From assembly GCF_900128735.1 (NCBI RefSeq), contig NZ_LT667503.1, positions 360,001 through 392,000 of the forward strand: a stretch of 32,000 nt of DNA. Direction: 5' to 3'. The notes beneath the pieces are model-generated. The model searched no databases, was not told where the DNA came from, and saw nothing but the letters and a program-made list of their open reading frames with translations. The translations under genes and the position numbers were made by a program. Source of the stretch: Candidatus Saccharimonadota bacterium. GTDB lineage: Bacteria > Pseudomonadota > Gammaproteobacteria > Enterobacterales > Enterobacteriaceae. Shown one piece after another: positions 9,239 through 21,514 of this stretch; position 1 is the first letter of the stretch; every line of letters starts with the position of its first letter.

Positions 9239-10333
9239 ATGAAAAAATATCAAATTTTGTCCAATACCTGGAGACCTCAAAATTTTCATGACGTTATTGG
9301 CCAAAAATATATTATTAAAGCAATTCAAAATAGCTTAGATACTGGTCGTATTCATCAAACATGGTTATTTTCCGGAAAACATGGAGTTGGAAAAACTACC
9401 ATTGCCAGAATTTTAGCAAAAAGTTTAAATTGCTTAAAAGGTATTACTTCTCAACCCTGTCGTTCCTGTTCTCATTGTATTGATATTGAAAAAGGAAAGT
9501 TTCTAGATTTTATAGAACTGGATGCAGCATCACGCACTAAAGTAGAAGAAATAAAAGTTTTATTAGAAACTGTACAATACTCTCCAATAAAAGGGCGTTT
9601 TAAAGTATATCTAATTGACGAAGTACATATGCTATCTCGACATAGTTTTAATGCGTTATTAAAAACTCTAGAAGAACCACCTAAATTTATTAAATTTATC
9701 TTAGCTACCACCGAACCAAAAAAAATCCCTTCCACAATCCTTTCACGTTGTTTGCAAATTTCTTTGCAACCTATCAATAAAAAAGATATTTTTTTTCATT
9801 TAAATGAAATCTTAAAAAAAGAAAATATTAAAACTATTCCGGAAGTAATAAATATCATTACAGATATTGCTAAAGGTAGTATTCGAGATGCATTAAATAT
9901 GTTAGAATTAGCTATCTCTTCTGCTAAAAAGAACGAAATAACACTTTCTCAAGCTGAAAAATTATTTAGTTTTTTTAATAAAAATAAAACTTTAATTCTA
10001 GCAAAAAACATATTAAATAAAAATATTAAAAATATACTAAAAATAATAGACGAAGCTGAAAAAAATAATATATCATGTAACAATATCATGTTATCATTAA
10101 TTTCATTTTTCCATAAAATCTGTATTTTACAAGTTTTACCTAAACTAAACGATCTAAATGATAAAAACATTTCAAAATATAAAAAAGATTTACAATTAAT
10201 ATCTCAAAAAATTTCATTTGTTAATATTCAAAAATATTATAAAATATTAATTAATGGAAGAAAGAATTTAAAATATACCTCAAATGCACGCATTATTTTA
10301 GAAATGACCATTTTTAAAATATGTCAAGAATAA
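9239..10333 (+). CDS. dnaX: DNA polymerase III clamp-loader ATPase DnaX, short form (domains I-III only)
   Basis: 364 aa. It has Walker A GKHGVGKTT, a Cys-rich zinc module CLKGITSQPCRSCSHC, YLIDEVHMLS, the sensor/SRC motif ILSRC and FNALLKTLEEPP. It ends at ...RIILEMTIFKICQE, which aligns with the end of E. coli domain III (RMGVEMTLLRALAF). Confidence 0.93.
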   Translation: MKKYQILSNTWRPQNFHDVIGQKYIIKAIQNSLDTGRIHQTWLFSGKHGVGKTTIARILAKSLNCLKGITSQPCRSCSHCIDIEKGKFLDFIELDAASRTKVEEIKVLLETVQYSPIKGRFKVYLIDEVHMLSRHSFNALLKTLEEPPKFIKFILATTEPKKIPSTILSRCLQISLQPINKKDIFFHLNEILKKENIKTIPEVINIITDIAKGSIRDALNMLELAISSAKKNEITLSQAEKLFSFFNKNKTLILAKNILNKNIKNILKIIDEAEKNNISCNNIMLSLISFFHKICILQVLPKLNDLNDKNISKYKKDLQLISQKISFVNIQKYYKILINGRKNLKYTSNARIILEMTIFKICQE

Positions 10334-10521
10334 TTAAATTTGACTAATTAAGTTTATTGATAATCAGATTATTAAATTCTATCATGATGAAAAAAATATA
10401 AGTTGCAATGTCTTATTGTATTCTAATAAATAATTAATCAATTTTTGCAGTATATTTTTCTAATATATCTAAAAAAATTAAAAAAAATATATTGTAATGA
10501 CTATATAATGAGATATTAAAA

Positions 10522-10815
10522 ATGTTTACTGAAAAAAATATTACTGAACTGATAAATCAAGCTAAAAACATGCAAGAAAAAATTAAAGAAATAAAAAAAA
10601 ATATAAAAACAAAAGAAATTATAGGCAAGTCAGGAGCTGGACTAGTTAAAATGACTATTACTGGTACATATGATTGTAAAAATGTCACTATAAACAAAAA
10701 AATAATTAATCAGGAAAGTAAAAATATTCTAGAAGACTTAATAGCAGCAGCATTTAATGATGCGATACGACAAATTGAAAATATACAGAAAGAACAATTA
10801 AATATAAATCAATAA
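10522..10815 (+). CDS. ybaB: nucleoid-associated protein YbaB/EbfC
   Basis: 97 aa. GKSGAGLVKMTITG and LEDLIAAAFNDAIRQIE match E. coli YbaB (GESGAGLVKVTING, LEDLVAAAFNDAARRIE). It lies downstream of dnaX, as in E. coli. Confidence 0.93.
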   Translation: MFTEKNITELINQAKNMQEKIKEIKKNIKTKEIIGKSGAGLVKMTITGTYDCKNVTINKKIINQESKNILEDLIAAAFNDAIRQIENIQKEQLNINQ

Positions 10816-10972
10816 CTAAAAATATTTTTTTATCATAATTATTATCATACTTATAATCTTTTAAATAGATAATATTTTATCAAAAAATACTATGTTATAT
10901 ATAAAAGAACCAGCTTTTATAAAAAAATTCTTTATATAAAACTAAAACTCTTTCTAAAAATATGGAAGAAAT

Positions 10973-12850
10973 ATGAATAACGAAATAAAAAAAAAATATA
11001 CCTTTCAGTCAGAAGTGAAACAATTACTACACTTGATGATTCATTCTTTATATTCAAATAAAGAAATATTTTTAAGAGAATTAATATCTAATGCCTCTGA
11101 TGCGATAGAAAAATTAAGATTTCAAATAATCTCTCATCCTAAACAATTAATTAATCAAGAAAGTATATCAAAAATACAAATTACTATAAACAAAAATGAA
11201 AAAACGTTATCAATTTATGATAATGGTATTGGAATGACTTATAATGAAACTATAAATAATTTAGGAACTATTGCTCAATCTGGTACAAAATCATTTTTAA
11301 AAAAAATCAATCAAAATAATAAAGAAAAGAATGATTTGATTGGAAAATTTGGAGTGGGATTTTATTCTTCCTTTATAATTGCCAAAAAAGTATCTGTATA
11401 TACTAAACACGCTCAAGAATCATCTGATTTAGGTATTTTATGGGAATCAGAAGGGAAAGGTGATTATACAATACAAAAAATTAAACTAAAAGAATACGGA
11501 ACAAAGGTTGTTTTATATATTAAAGATACTGAAGAAGAATTTTTAGAATCATGGAATATAAAAAATATCGTTAAAAAATATTCTGATCATATTTCAATAC
11601 CTGTAGAAATTGAAAATTATGATGAAAAAAACAAAGTAATTTCTTGGGAAAAAATTAATCAAGCTCAAGCTATTTGGACTAAAAATAAAAAAGATATTTC
11701 TAAAAAATCATATCAAGAATTTTATAAATATATTACTCATGACACTAAAAATCCATTATTATGGAGTCATAACAAAGTTGAAGGAAATCAAGAATATACT
11801 AGTTTATTATATATTCCTAAAAAAGCAACGTGGGATATGTGGCATAGAGAAAATAAACATGGTTTAAAATTATATGTTAAACATGTCTATATTATGGATG
11901 ATGCGGTTCAATTTTTACCTAATTATTTACGATTTGTAAAAGGAATTATAGATTCTCAAGATTTACCCCTAAATATTTCTAGAGAAATTCTACAAGATAA
12001 TAAGATCACACAAAGTTTACGAAAATCTTTAACAAGAAGAATACTAACCATATTAAATAATTTATCTGAAACTGATGATATAAAATACCAAAAGTTTTGG
12101 AATACTTTTGGTTTAGTTTTAAAAGAAGGTTTAGCAGAAGATTCTATAAATCAAAAACAAATTTCTAATTTACTCAGATTTACATCTCTTCGCACAAAAA
12201 AACAAGAGCAAACATTATCTCTTAAAAAATATTTAAAAGATATGCTAAAAGAACAAGAAAAAATATATTTTATTACAGCAGATAGTTATAATTCAGCGCT
12301 CAATAGTCCACATTTAGAAATATTCCAAAATAAAAATATTGATGTGCTATTATTATCAGATCGTGTAGATGAATGGATGATGAATTATTTACCAGAATAC
12401 CAAGGTAAAAAATTTCAATCAGTAAGTAAATCTGATCTTTCATTAGAAAAATTAATTAAAAAAGAAAAAATTGGAACGGATAAAAACGAACAAAAAAGTA
12501 ATATTTTTATTGAAAAAATAAAAAATATATTAGGAAACCGCGTTAAAGATGTTCGCGTGACTCATAGACTTATTAATACACCTGTTATGGTTTTAACAGA
12601 CTCTAACGACATGAGCACTCAAATGGCAAAATTATTTAGTGCCGCAGGACAACCAGTCCCAGAAATAAAATATTTGTTAGAAATCAATCTCACACACCCA
12701 CTAATAGAAAAAATAAAAAAAATCGATAATATTGAAACGCTTTCTATGTGGATTGAAATGTTATTTGAACAAGCGATTTTTGCAGAAAAAGGAACACTCG
12801 AAAATCCTCATACATTCATTAATAGAATTAACAAATTATTTTTATCTTAA
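10973..12850 (+). CDS. htpG: chaperone HtpG (Hsp90)
   Basis: 625 aa. FQSEVKQLLHLMIHSLYSNKEIFLRELISNASDA is essentially identical to the E. coli HtpG N-terminus. Confidence 0.97.
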   Translation: MNNEIKKKYTFQSEVKQLLHLMIHSLYSNKEIFLRELISNASDAIEKLRFQIISHPKQLINQESISKIQITINKNEKTLSIYDNGIGMTYNETINNLGTIAQSGTKSFLKKINQNNKEKNDLIGKFGVGFYSSFIIAKKVSVYTKHAQESSDLGILWESEGKGDYTIQKIKLKEYGTKVVLYIKDTEEEFLESWNIKNIVKKYSDHISIPVEIENYDEKNKVISWEKINQAQAIWTKNKKDISKKSYQEFYKYITHDTKNPLLWSHNKVEGNQEYTSLLYIPKKATWDMWHRENKHGLKLYVKHVYIMDDAVQFLPNYLRFVKGIIDSQDLPLNISREILQDNKITQSLRKSLTRRILTILNNLSETDDIKYQKFWNTFGLVLKEGLAEDSINQKQISNLLRFTSLRTKKQEQTLSLKKYLKDMLKEQEKIYFITADSYNSALNSPHLEIFQNKNIDVLLLSDRVDEWMMNYLPEYQGKKFQSVSKSDLSLEKLIKKEKIGTDKNEQKSNIFIEKIKNILGNRVKDVRVTHRLINTPVMVLTDSNDMSTQMAKLFSAAGQPVPEIKYLLEINLTHPLIEKIKKIDNIETLSMWIEMLFEQAIFAEKGTLENPHTFINRINKLFLS

Positions 12851-12914
12851 CAATTAATTATATTTTTTATTACTTAAAAATTATTTAGATTTATAAGAGG
12901 AGCAGTATCAAATT

Positions 12915-13571
12915 ATGATTAGGATTGTTATGCTGGGAGCCCCGGGAAGTGGAAAAGGAACTCAAATGCAATTACTATCAAACTATTATCATATACCGCC
13001 TATATCTGTAGGCGATATACTTCGAAAAAAAATGAATATTGATTTCAAATTCAAAAAATATGTACAAAATTATATTAATAATGGAAAATTAGTCAATGAT
13101 GATATCATAATTAAATTAATTAAAAAAAGAATAGAACAAAAAGATTGCCATAATGGATTTATATTAGACGGGTTTCCACGAACAATAAAACAAGCAGAAA
13201 TATTACAAGATAATTTATTTACAATAAATTATATATTACATTTAACTATACCAGAAAAAAAAATCTTTGAAAGAATTATAGGAAGGTTAGTGCATATACC
13301 ATCAGGTCGATGTTATCATGAAAAATTTAATCCACCTCAAGAAAAAAATAAAGATGATATAACTGGAGAAGCTTTAAGCATTCGAAAAGATGATAAAATT
13401 AAAATTATTAAGATAAGATTAAAAGAATATAAAAAATATACGGCTCCATTGCTTGATTGGTTTAATAAAAATATGAAAAAAAATAAAATAAAATTTTTTG
13501 AAATTCAGACTGTACATTCAATTAAAAAAATAAATAGAAAAATATTAGATTTATTAAAATTGAATAAATAA
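12915..13571 (+). CDS. adk: adenylate kinase
   Basis: 218 aa. It has the P-loop LGAPGSGKGTQ, FILDGFPRTIKQA and a LID segment HIPSGRCYHEKFNPP. A strong SD (AAGAGGAG) lies upstream. Confidence 0.96.
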   Translation: MIRIVMLGAPGSGKGTQMQLLSNYYHIPPISVGDILRKKMNIDFKFKKYVQNYINNGKLVNDDIIIKLIKKRIEQKDCHNGFILDGFPRTIKQAEILQDNLFTINYILHLTIPEKKIFERIIGRLVHIPSGRCYHEKFNPPQEKNKDDITGEALSIRKDDKIKIIKIRLKEYKKYTAPLLDWFNKNMKKNKIKFFEIQTVHSIKKINRKILDLLKLNK

Positions 13572-13598
13572 TATTAAAAATGTTATAAATATATATTT

Positions 13599-13672
13599 TG
13601 CGCTCTACGGGATTCGAACCTGTAACCTACAGCTTAGAAGGCTGTTGCTCTATCCAATTGAGCTAAGAGCGC
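13599..13672 (-). tRNA. argU: tRNA-Arg, anticodon UCU
   Basis: The reverse strand reads GCGCTCT TA GCTC AATTGGATA GAGC A ACAGC CTTCTAA GCTGT AGGTT ACAGG TTCGAAT CCCGT AGAGCGC A. This is a full cloverleaf close to E. coli argU. The T-stem has one A.C mismatch. The 3' flank is AAA, so no CCA is encoded. Confidence 0.93.
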
Positions 13673-13849
13673 GAAAAATATCATTAATATATTTTTTTAT
13701 AATATAAAATAAAAAATATAATTTTATTATAAAAATTTAATTTTAATAAATAAAAAAAAATATTAATAATTGGAGTATAACATACTTTATGATAAAAAAT
13801 AACATTTATATTATTATAAAAAATTAAAAATTATTTAGGTAATATTGTT

Positions 13850-14731
13850 ATGATCACAAAAATCATGAAAGGATTTAAAATCGCTAATCAAATAAAAAAA
13901 AAAATAAGAAATAAAATAAAAGTAAAAAAAAAATATAAATATAGATCCCCTGGTTTAGCAGTAGTATTAATCGGAAATAATCCGGCTTCTTTAATTTATA
14001 TTAAAACCAAAATAAATGCTTGTTATTCAGTTGGATTTTTTTCAGCATACTGGCATTTATCTGAAAACACTACCGAAAAAATATTATTAAATCTAATACA
14101 AAAACTAAACGAAAACAAAAATATTGACGGAATACTTATTCAATTACCTTTACCAAAAGGAATTAATAAAATAAATATTTTAAATAGCATTCATCCTTCT
14201 AAAGATGTAGATGGATTTCATCCATATAATTCTGGATTATTGTATCAAGGATCACCTATTTTACGAGCATGTACACCTCGAGGAATAATAACCTTATTAA
14301 ACCATTATAATATTAACTTAACTGGACTAAATGTTATAATTATTGGAAATTCTAGTATAGTTGGTAAGCCATTATATCTGGAGTTATTAATGACTAATTG
14401 TACAGTAACCATGACTAATACATTTACAAAAAATCTAAAAAATCATGTCAAAATGGCAGATTTAATTATTATTGCTGTAGGAAAACCTAATTTTTTACAT
14501 GGTGACTGGGTAAAATCAGGAGCAATCGTTATTGACGTAGGTATTAATTATATAAAAAAAAATCACAGCGTTATTGGTGATGTACATTTTGAGTCTGTAT
14601 CAAAAAAAACATCTTATATTACCCCGGTTCCCGGCGGTGTTGGTCCTATGACTGTCGCATCATTATTACAAAATACATTAGAAATATATGAAAAATTATA
14701 TCCCGATCTTCATTTAAAAGATAAAATTTAG
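13850..14731 (+). CDS. folD: bifunctional methylenetetrahydrofolate dehydrogenase/cyclohydrolase
   Basis: 293 aa. [40 protein letters not shown] and [15 protein letters not shown] are colinear with E. coli FolD. Confidence 0.97.
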   Translation: MITKIMKGFKIANQIKKKIRNKIKVKKKYKYRSPGLAVVLIGNNPASLIYIKTKINACYSVGFFSAYWHLSENTTEKILLNLIQKLNENKNIDGILIQLPLPKGINKINILNSIHPSKDVDGFHPYNSGLLYQGSPILRACTPRGIITLLNHYNINLTGLNVIIIGNSSIVGKPLYLELLMTNCTVTMTNTFTKNLKNHVKMADLIIIAVGKPNFLHGDWVKSGAIVIDVGINYIKKNHSVIGDVHFESVSKKTSYITPVPGGVGPMTVASLLQNTLEIYEKLYPDLHLKDKI

Positions 14732-16158
14732 ATAAAGCGATATTTTGAATTATTTTTTTTATCTTCTATGATGACCCCTAACGTTAATAATTTTTTTCTA
14801 ATTTTATCAGCCTGACTCCATTGCTTGGTATGACGATAATATATACGTAATTCCATTAATTCATTAATTATACTTAAATTTTTTGAATCAGTCGTATTAT
14901 TTTTAAATAAAAATTTTTTCGGATGAGAAGTGAATAAACCTAAAATATTTCCAAAAGATAATAGATCATTCACTAATAAACGTGCTAATAAAATGTTAGT
15001 AAGATAAATTTTATCAATATATTTTGATAAATTATACAACACAGAACATACATTAGGTGTATTGAAATCATCATTCATAGCATTATAAAATTGTTTTTTA
15101 AAATTGTTTCTAACACTATTATCTTGATAATTTACTGCATCTTTTAAAGAAATTACATGATTTTTTAAAATCACTCTATATATACGAATTAATATTTTTT
15201 TAGCAGAAATTAAATTTTTTTCATTATAATAAAAAGGATGTCGATAATGAGTATTTAAAAAGTAAAAACGAATAACTTCAGGATGATATTTTAATAATAA
15301 ATTGCGTATCGTAATAAAATTATTTAAAGACTTAGATACTTTTTTTTTATTTAAAATAACCATTCCAGTGTGCATCCAATAACGTATAGGAAAATTCTGA
15401 TTGATACAAAAAGATTGCGCTAATTCATTCTCATGATGCGGAAATAATAAATCAATCCCGCCTCCATGAATATCGATTCCATTGACACAATAACGATGAT
15501 TAATTGCCGAACATTCAATATGCCAACCGGGTCGACCTAATCCCCATGGAGACATCCAAATAGATTCATTAATTTTGTCTTCTTGCTTTACTAAAGAACA
15601 ATTTTTCCATAAAACAAAATCCTTAAAAAGAATACGATTATTCAAAGTCTCTAAATTTTGTTTATGAAAACAACTCAACAATCTACGAGAAAGTTGACCA
15701 TATTTTTGATAACTTTGAATAGAAAATAAAATATCTCCATTTTTTTCAACATAAGCACATTTATTATCTATTAATTTTTTAATCACTAAAATAATATCAG
15801 AAATTGATTCAGTTACTTTAGGTTCATAATTAGGCTCTAATAATCCTAAAGCATAAAAATCTTTTTTCATTTCTGATGCCATACGCCATGAAAAATTCGT
15901 TACTTTTTCATGATTCATTTGAGCTCGATGAATAATTTTATCATCTATATCTGTAATATTGCGAATATAATTAGTTTGATATCCTAAACTCTGTAAATAT
16001 CTAATCACAATATCAAAAAATAAAAAAGTTCGAGCATGTCCAATATGACAAAAATCATAAGTTGTCACGCCGCATACATAAATATTTATGATTTTTTTAT
16101 ATGAAAAAAAAAATTTTTCTTTAATTTTTGTTAATGAATTAAAAATTTTTAATACCAT
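14728..16158 (-). CDS. cysS: cysteine--tRNA ligase
   Basis: The ORF track begins at TTG 16209. ATG 16158 gives [11 protein letters not shown]..., matching E. coli MLKIFNTLTR. It has the HIGH motif (CHIGHARTF), the KMSKS-type motif (KVSKS), [11 protein letters not shown] and [15 protein letters not shown]. Confidence 0.96.
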   Translation of the reverse strand: MVLKIFNSLTKIKEKFFFSYKKIINIYVCGVTTYDFCHIGHARTFLFFDIVIRYLQSLGYQTNYIRNITDIDDKIIHRAQMNHEKVTNFSWRMASEMKKDFYALGLLEPNYEPKVTESISDIILVIKKLIDNKCAYVEKNGDILFSIQSYQKYGQLSRRLLSCFHKQNLETLNNRILFKDFVLWKNCSLVKQEDKINESIWMSPWGLGRPGWHIECSAINHRYCVNGIDIHGGGIDLLFPHHENELAQSFCINQNFPIRYWMHTGMVILNKKKVSKSLNNFITIRNLLLKYHPEVIRFYFLNTHYRHPFYYNEKNLISAKKILIRIYRVILKNHVISLKDAVNYQDNSVRNNFKKQFYNAMNDDFNTPNVCSVLYNLSKYIDKIYLTNILLARLLVNDLLSFGNILGLFTSHPKKFLFKNNTTDSKNLSIINELMELRIYYRHTKQWSQADKIRKKLLTLGVIIEDKKNNSKYRFI

Positions 16159-16556
16159 AACAACCTCTATAATAAAATTTATAAAAAAGAAATTGTCTAT
16201 TTTTTCCAATCAAATAATAAAAAGATATATTATTTTAATTCTATCATAGAAAAAAAATTACAGGTATATAATAAAAATAATTTACGTTATAAATAAAAAG
16301 CAAATATTTCAAATTCTTATTAAATAAAGAAATTTAATATTTATTACCCTAAAAAATTATACTATAATATATAAAGAAGAGCTTACATTATAATTTTAAC
16401 AAACAAAAAAATTTCTTAAAATTTACAAAAATAAATTCATTTAACAATAATGGGATTTTTTCCTAAAAAAAATAGAAAAATAAAAATTGGATAAATATAA
16501 ATAAAGAAAATAAAATATTTTATATTTATAAAATTGAATTAAAAAAAGAGGATGAA

Positions 16557-16820
16557 ATGAAGAGTTCAATTGAAAAAATAATGAAATTTCCCTGTTCTTT
16601 TACATATAAAGTAATTGGTTTATCTCAACCGGAATTAACTAATAATATTATTAAAATAATACAATTACATATCCCTGGAGATTATGTTCCAAAAATAAAA
16701 TCAAGTAATAAAGGAACATATTTGTCAATTTCAGTAACAATCTTTGCAAAAAATTTTAAGCAAATTGAAACATTATATAATGAATTAAGCAAAATACATC
16801 TAGTAAGAATGGTATTATAA
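16557..16820 (+). CDS. ybeD: UPF0250 protein YbeD
   Basis: 87 aa, the same length as E. coli YbeD. FPCSFTYKVIG, HIPGDYVPKIKSSNKGTY, IETLYNELSKIHLVRMVL match it. The SD AAAGAGGA lies upstream. Confidence 0.9.
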   Translation: MKSSIEKIMKFPCSFTYKVIGLSQPELTNNIIKIIQLHIPGDYVPKIKSSNKGTYLSISVTIFAKNFKQIETLYNELSKIHLVRMVL

Positions 16821-16824
16821 AACA

Positions 16825-16865
16825 TTTTGCGATGCGGTTATTATATTTATTTCCGCACCGCAAAA
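16825..16865. terminator. GC-rich hairpin between convergent ybeD and cspE (candidate bidirectional terminator)
   Basis: TTTTGCGATGCGG (16825..16837) pairs with CCGCACCGCAAAA (16853..16865). The stem is 13 bp with one A.C mismatch on the plus transcript, which becomes a G.U wobble on the minus transcript. Confidence 0.55.
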
Positions 16866-16899
16866 GCCCTGCTAAATATATTATATATTATTTATAATA

Positions 16900-17109
16900 T
16901 TATATACTTATCACATTAGCAGCTGATGGCCCTTTTGCGCCTTCGGTAATTTCAAATTCAACACTTTGACCTTCTGCCAAAGTTTTAAATCCGTTGCTTT
17001 GGATAGCGGAAAAATGAACAAAAACATCTTTGCTACCATCTTCTGGGGTAATGAAACCAAAACCTTTAGATTCATTAAACCACTTAACATTACCTTTAAT
17101 CTTGGACAT
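16900..17109 (-). CDS. cspE: cold-shock-domain protein CspE/CspC family
   Basis: 69 aa: [69 protein letters not shown]. As I recall the E. coli CspE sequence, only about 5 residues differ. Confidence 0.95.
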   Translation of the reverse strand: MSKIKGNVKWFNESKGFGFITPEDGSKDVFVHFSAIQSNGFKTLAEGQSVEFEITEGAKGPSAANVISI

Positions 17110-17283
17110 CTATATATTACCTTCGATTGAAAAATATAAACTATAGCTTATACCTTGCGGTTAGTTCAACATTTATAAACTATTTTTTTCTAAAAATATA
17201 AAAAATCATTTTAGAAAAAAAAAGAGTATAAAACATTTTTTTAAAAAAACTTTAAAATAAAATATGAATTTATGAAAAAATAA

Positions 17284-17403
17284 ATACCTGGCAATGTCCT
17301 ACTCTCACACAAGGAAACCCTGCACTACCATCGGCGTTGAAATGTTTCACTTCTGAGTTCGAAATGGAATCAGGTGGTACCATAACACTATGTTTACCAG
17401 GTA
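17284..17403 (-). rRNA. rrf: 5S ribosomal RNA
   Basis: The reverse strand reads TACCTGGTAAACATAG...CCACCTGATTCCATTTCGAACTCAGAAGTGAAAC...GCCGATGGTAGTG...GAGAGTAGGACATTGCCAGGTAT. It is 120 nt and colinear with E. coli 5S. Confidence 0.95.
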
Positions 17404-17435
17404 TATATTTTTTAGAAAAACACCTCTGGTGTTGT

Positions 17436-20361
<2,926 letters not shown>

Positions 20362-20397
20362 TTACAACCCACAGGTGTTTTTCTAAAAAATTCCATA

Positions 20398-20410
20398 TTT
20401 TTAAAGAACA
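20398..20410 (-). promoter_or_regulatory. boxA-like antitermination element in the tRNA(Glu)-23S spacer
   Basis: The reverse strand reads TGTTCTTTAAAAA against the rrn boxA consensus TGCTCTTTAACAA. That is 11/13 matches, and both differences are C to T/A. The location corresponds to the spacer boxA upstream of 23S in E. coli rrn operons. Confidence 0.4.
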
Positions 20411-20488
20411 ATATTAAAAACTTTTTTTATTTATGAAATGTATAATATCATATTTTTATTTATTAGTATATAAATATTTATTAATTTT

Positions 20489-20560
20489 TGTCCCTTAGGG
20501 GATTTGAACCCCTGTTGCCGCCGTGAAAGGGCGATGTCCTAACCGCTAGACGAAAGGGAC
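20489..20560 (-). tRNA. gltT: tRNA-Glu, anticodon UUC
   Basis: The reverse strand reads GTCCCTT TC GTCT AGCGGTTA GGAC A TCGCC CTTTCAC GGCGG CAAC AGGGG TTCAAAT CCCCT AAGGGAC A. It is colinear with E. coli tRNA-Glu. The 3' flank is AAAA, so no CCA is encoded. Confidence 0.93.
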
Positions 20561-20592
20561 TTTTTAAAAAAATAAAATGTTTGTACTATTGT

Positions 20593-20620
20593 ATGTTACA
20601 GAATACATAAAAAGAGTCAA
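20593..20620 (-). promoter_or_regulatory. candidate sigma70 promoter for the tRNA(Glu)-23S-5S transcription unit
   Basis: The reverse strand has TTGACT (20620..20615), a 16-nt spacer and TAACAT (20598..20593). An A/T-rich UP-like tract (AAAAAATTTAAAAAAAGA) precedes it, and the site is about 30 nt upstream of the tRNA 5' end. Such matches are easy to find by chance in AT-rich DNA. Confidence 0.3.
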
Positions 20621-20656
20621 GTCTTTTTTTAAATTTTTTCGTAAAAAAATTAATTA

Positions 20657-21514
20657 TTACAACAATTTTTCATTTAATGATCTAATAAACATAATTGTAC
20701 TCTGAATATTAGGCATAATCTTAAACCAAGCAAAAAAAGAATATGCAGCTTGTGCTACCAACATGCCTAAACCATCAGAAAAATTTTTTACACCATAATT
20801 TTTACATAATTTTAAAAAAGGAGTTAAATTACCATTTTTATTATACGAAATATCATAACAAAAAATATCGTGATGCAATACAGATAATGGAAAAATAGGA
20901 TATGATCCATATAAACCAGATGAAGTAGCATTAATAATAATATCAAAAATCTGACTGCATTTATATTCTTCAAAAATAAAAATTTTTCCAAATTTTTTAA
21001 ATTGTTTAATTAATATTTTAGACTTCATTAAAGTTCTATTAGATATATATATTAAACAATTTTCCATTAATAAATGATATATAACAGAAGTAGCCGCTCC
21101 TCCTGCTCCCAATAATAAAACTGTAGTATTTTTTTTAAAAATAAAAAGATTTTTTAGATCATATAATAAACCTAAACCATCAGTATTATCTCCAATAATT
21201 TTATTATTTGAACATTTAATTAAAGTGTTTACAGTTTTTGAAATTCTTGAAAATTTATTAATTATATGAGGTACCGAAAAAATTTTTTTTTTAAATGGAA
21301 CCGTAATATTTGCTCCTATCCCTCCATTCTTAAAAAAATTAGAAATTTTTAAAAAAAAATTTTCCTCCGTACATAAACACAAAGTATATTGATAAAGCAC
21401 ACCTGTTTCTTTTGAAAAATATTGATGGATTAGAGGCGACAAAGACTGTTTGACAGGATTCCCAAATAAAGTAACACGTTTTATTTTCTTTTCTAAAATA
21501 CTTTTTTGCAACAT
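20657..21514 (-). CDS. aroE: shikimate dehydrogenase
   Basis: 285 aa. LFGNPVKQSLSPLIHQ, GANITVPFKK, GDNTDGLG, LLLGAGGAA, IINATSSG and GLGMLVAQAAYSF are colinear with E. coli AroE. Confidence 0.95.
   Translation of the reverse strand: MLQKSILEKKIKRVTLFGNPVKQSLSPLIHQYFSKETGVLYQYTLCLCTEENFFLKISNFFKNGGIGANITVPFKKKIFSVPHIINKFSRISKTVNTLIKCSNNKIIGDNTDGLGLLYDLKNLFIFKKNTTVLLLGAGGAATSVIYHLLMENCLIYISNRTLMKSKILIKQFKKFGKIFIFEEYKCSQIFDIIINATSSGLYGSYPIFPLSVLHHDIFCYDISYNKNGNLTPFLKLCKNYGVKNFSDGLGMLVAQAAYSFFAWFKIMPNIQSTIMFIRSLNEKLL

Noticed and set aside
10334-10521. The dnaX-ybaB spacer, considered as a remnant of the tau C-terminal coding region or as a small RNA. It contains the palindrome ATAATCAGATTAT.
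   Set aside because: It is too short (188 bp) and stop-dense in all frames to carry recognisable tau sequence. The palindrome has a 1-nt centre, so it cannot form an RNA hairpin. There is no other structural signal.
13789-13827. 12-codon mini-ORF ([12 protein letters not shown]) upstream of folD, with a GGAG about 13 nt upstream. It was considered as a leader peptide.
   Set aside because: Short AT-rich ORFs like this arise by chance. The SD spacing is poor, there is no associated attenuator hairpin, and no known folD leader mechanism exists.
16159-16556. 398-bp spacer between divergent cysS and ybeD, examined for small genes or RNAs.
   Set aside because: It has no ORF with an SD, no GC-rich structured island and no tRNA-like segment. 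It appears to be eroded non-coding DNA carrying two promoters that I cannot localise.
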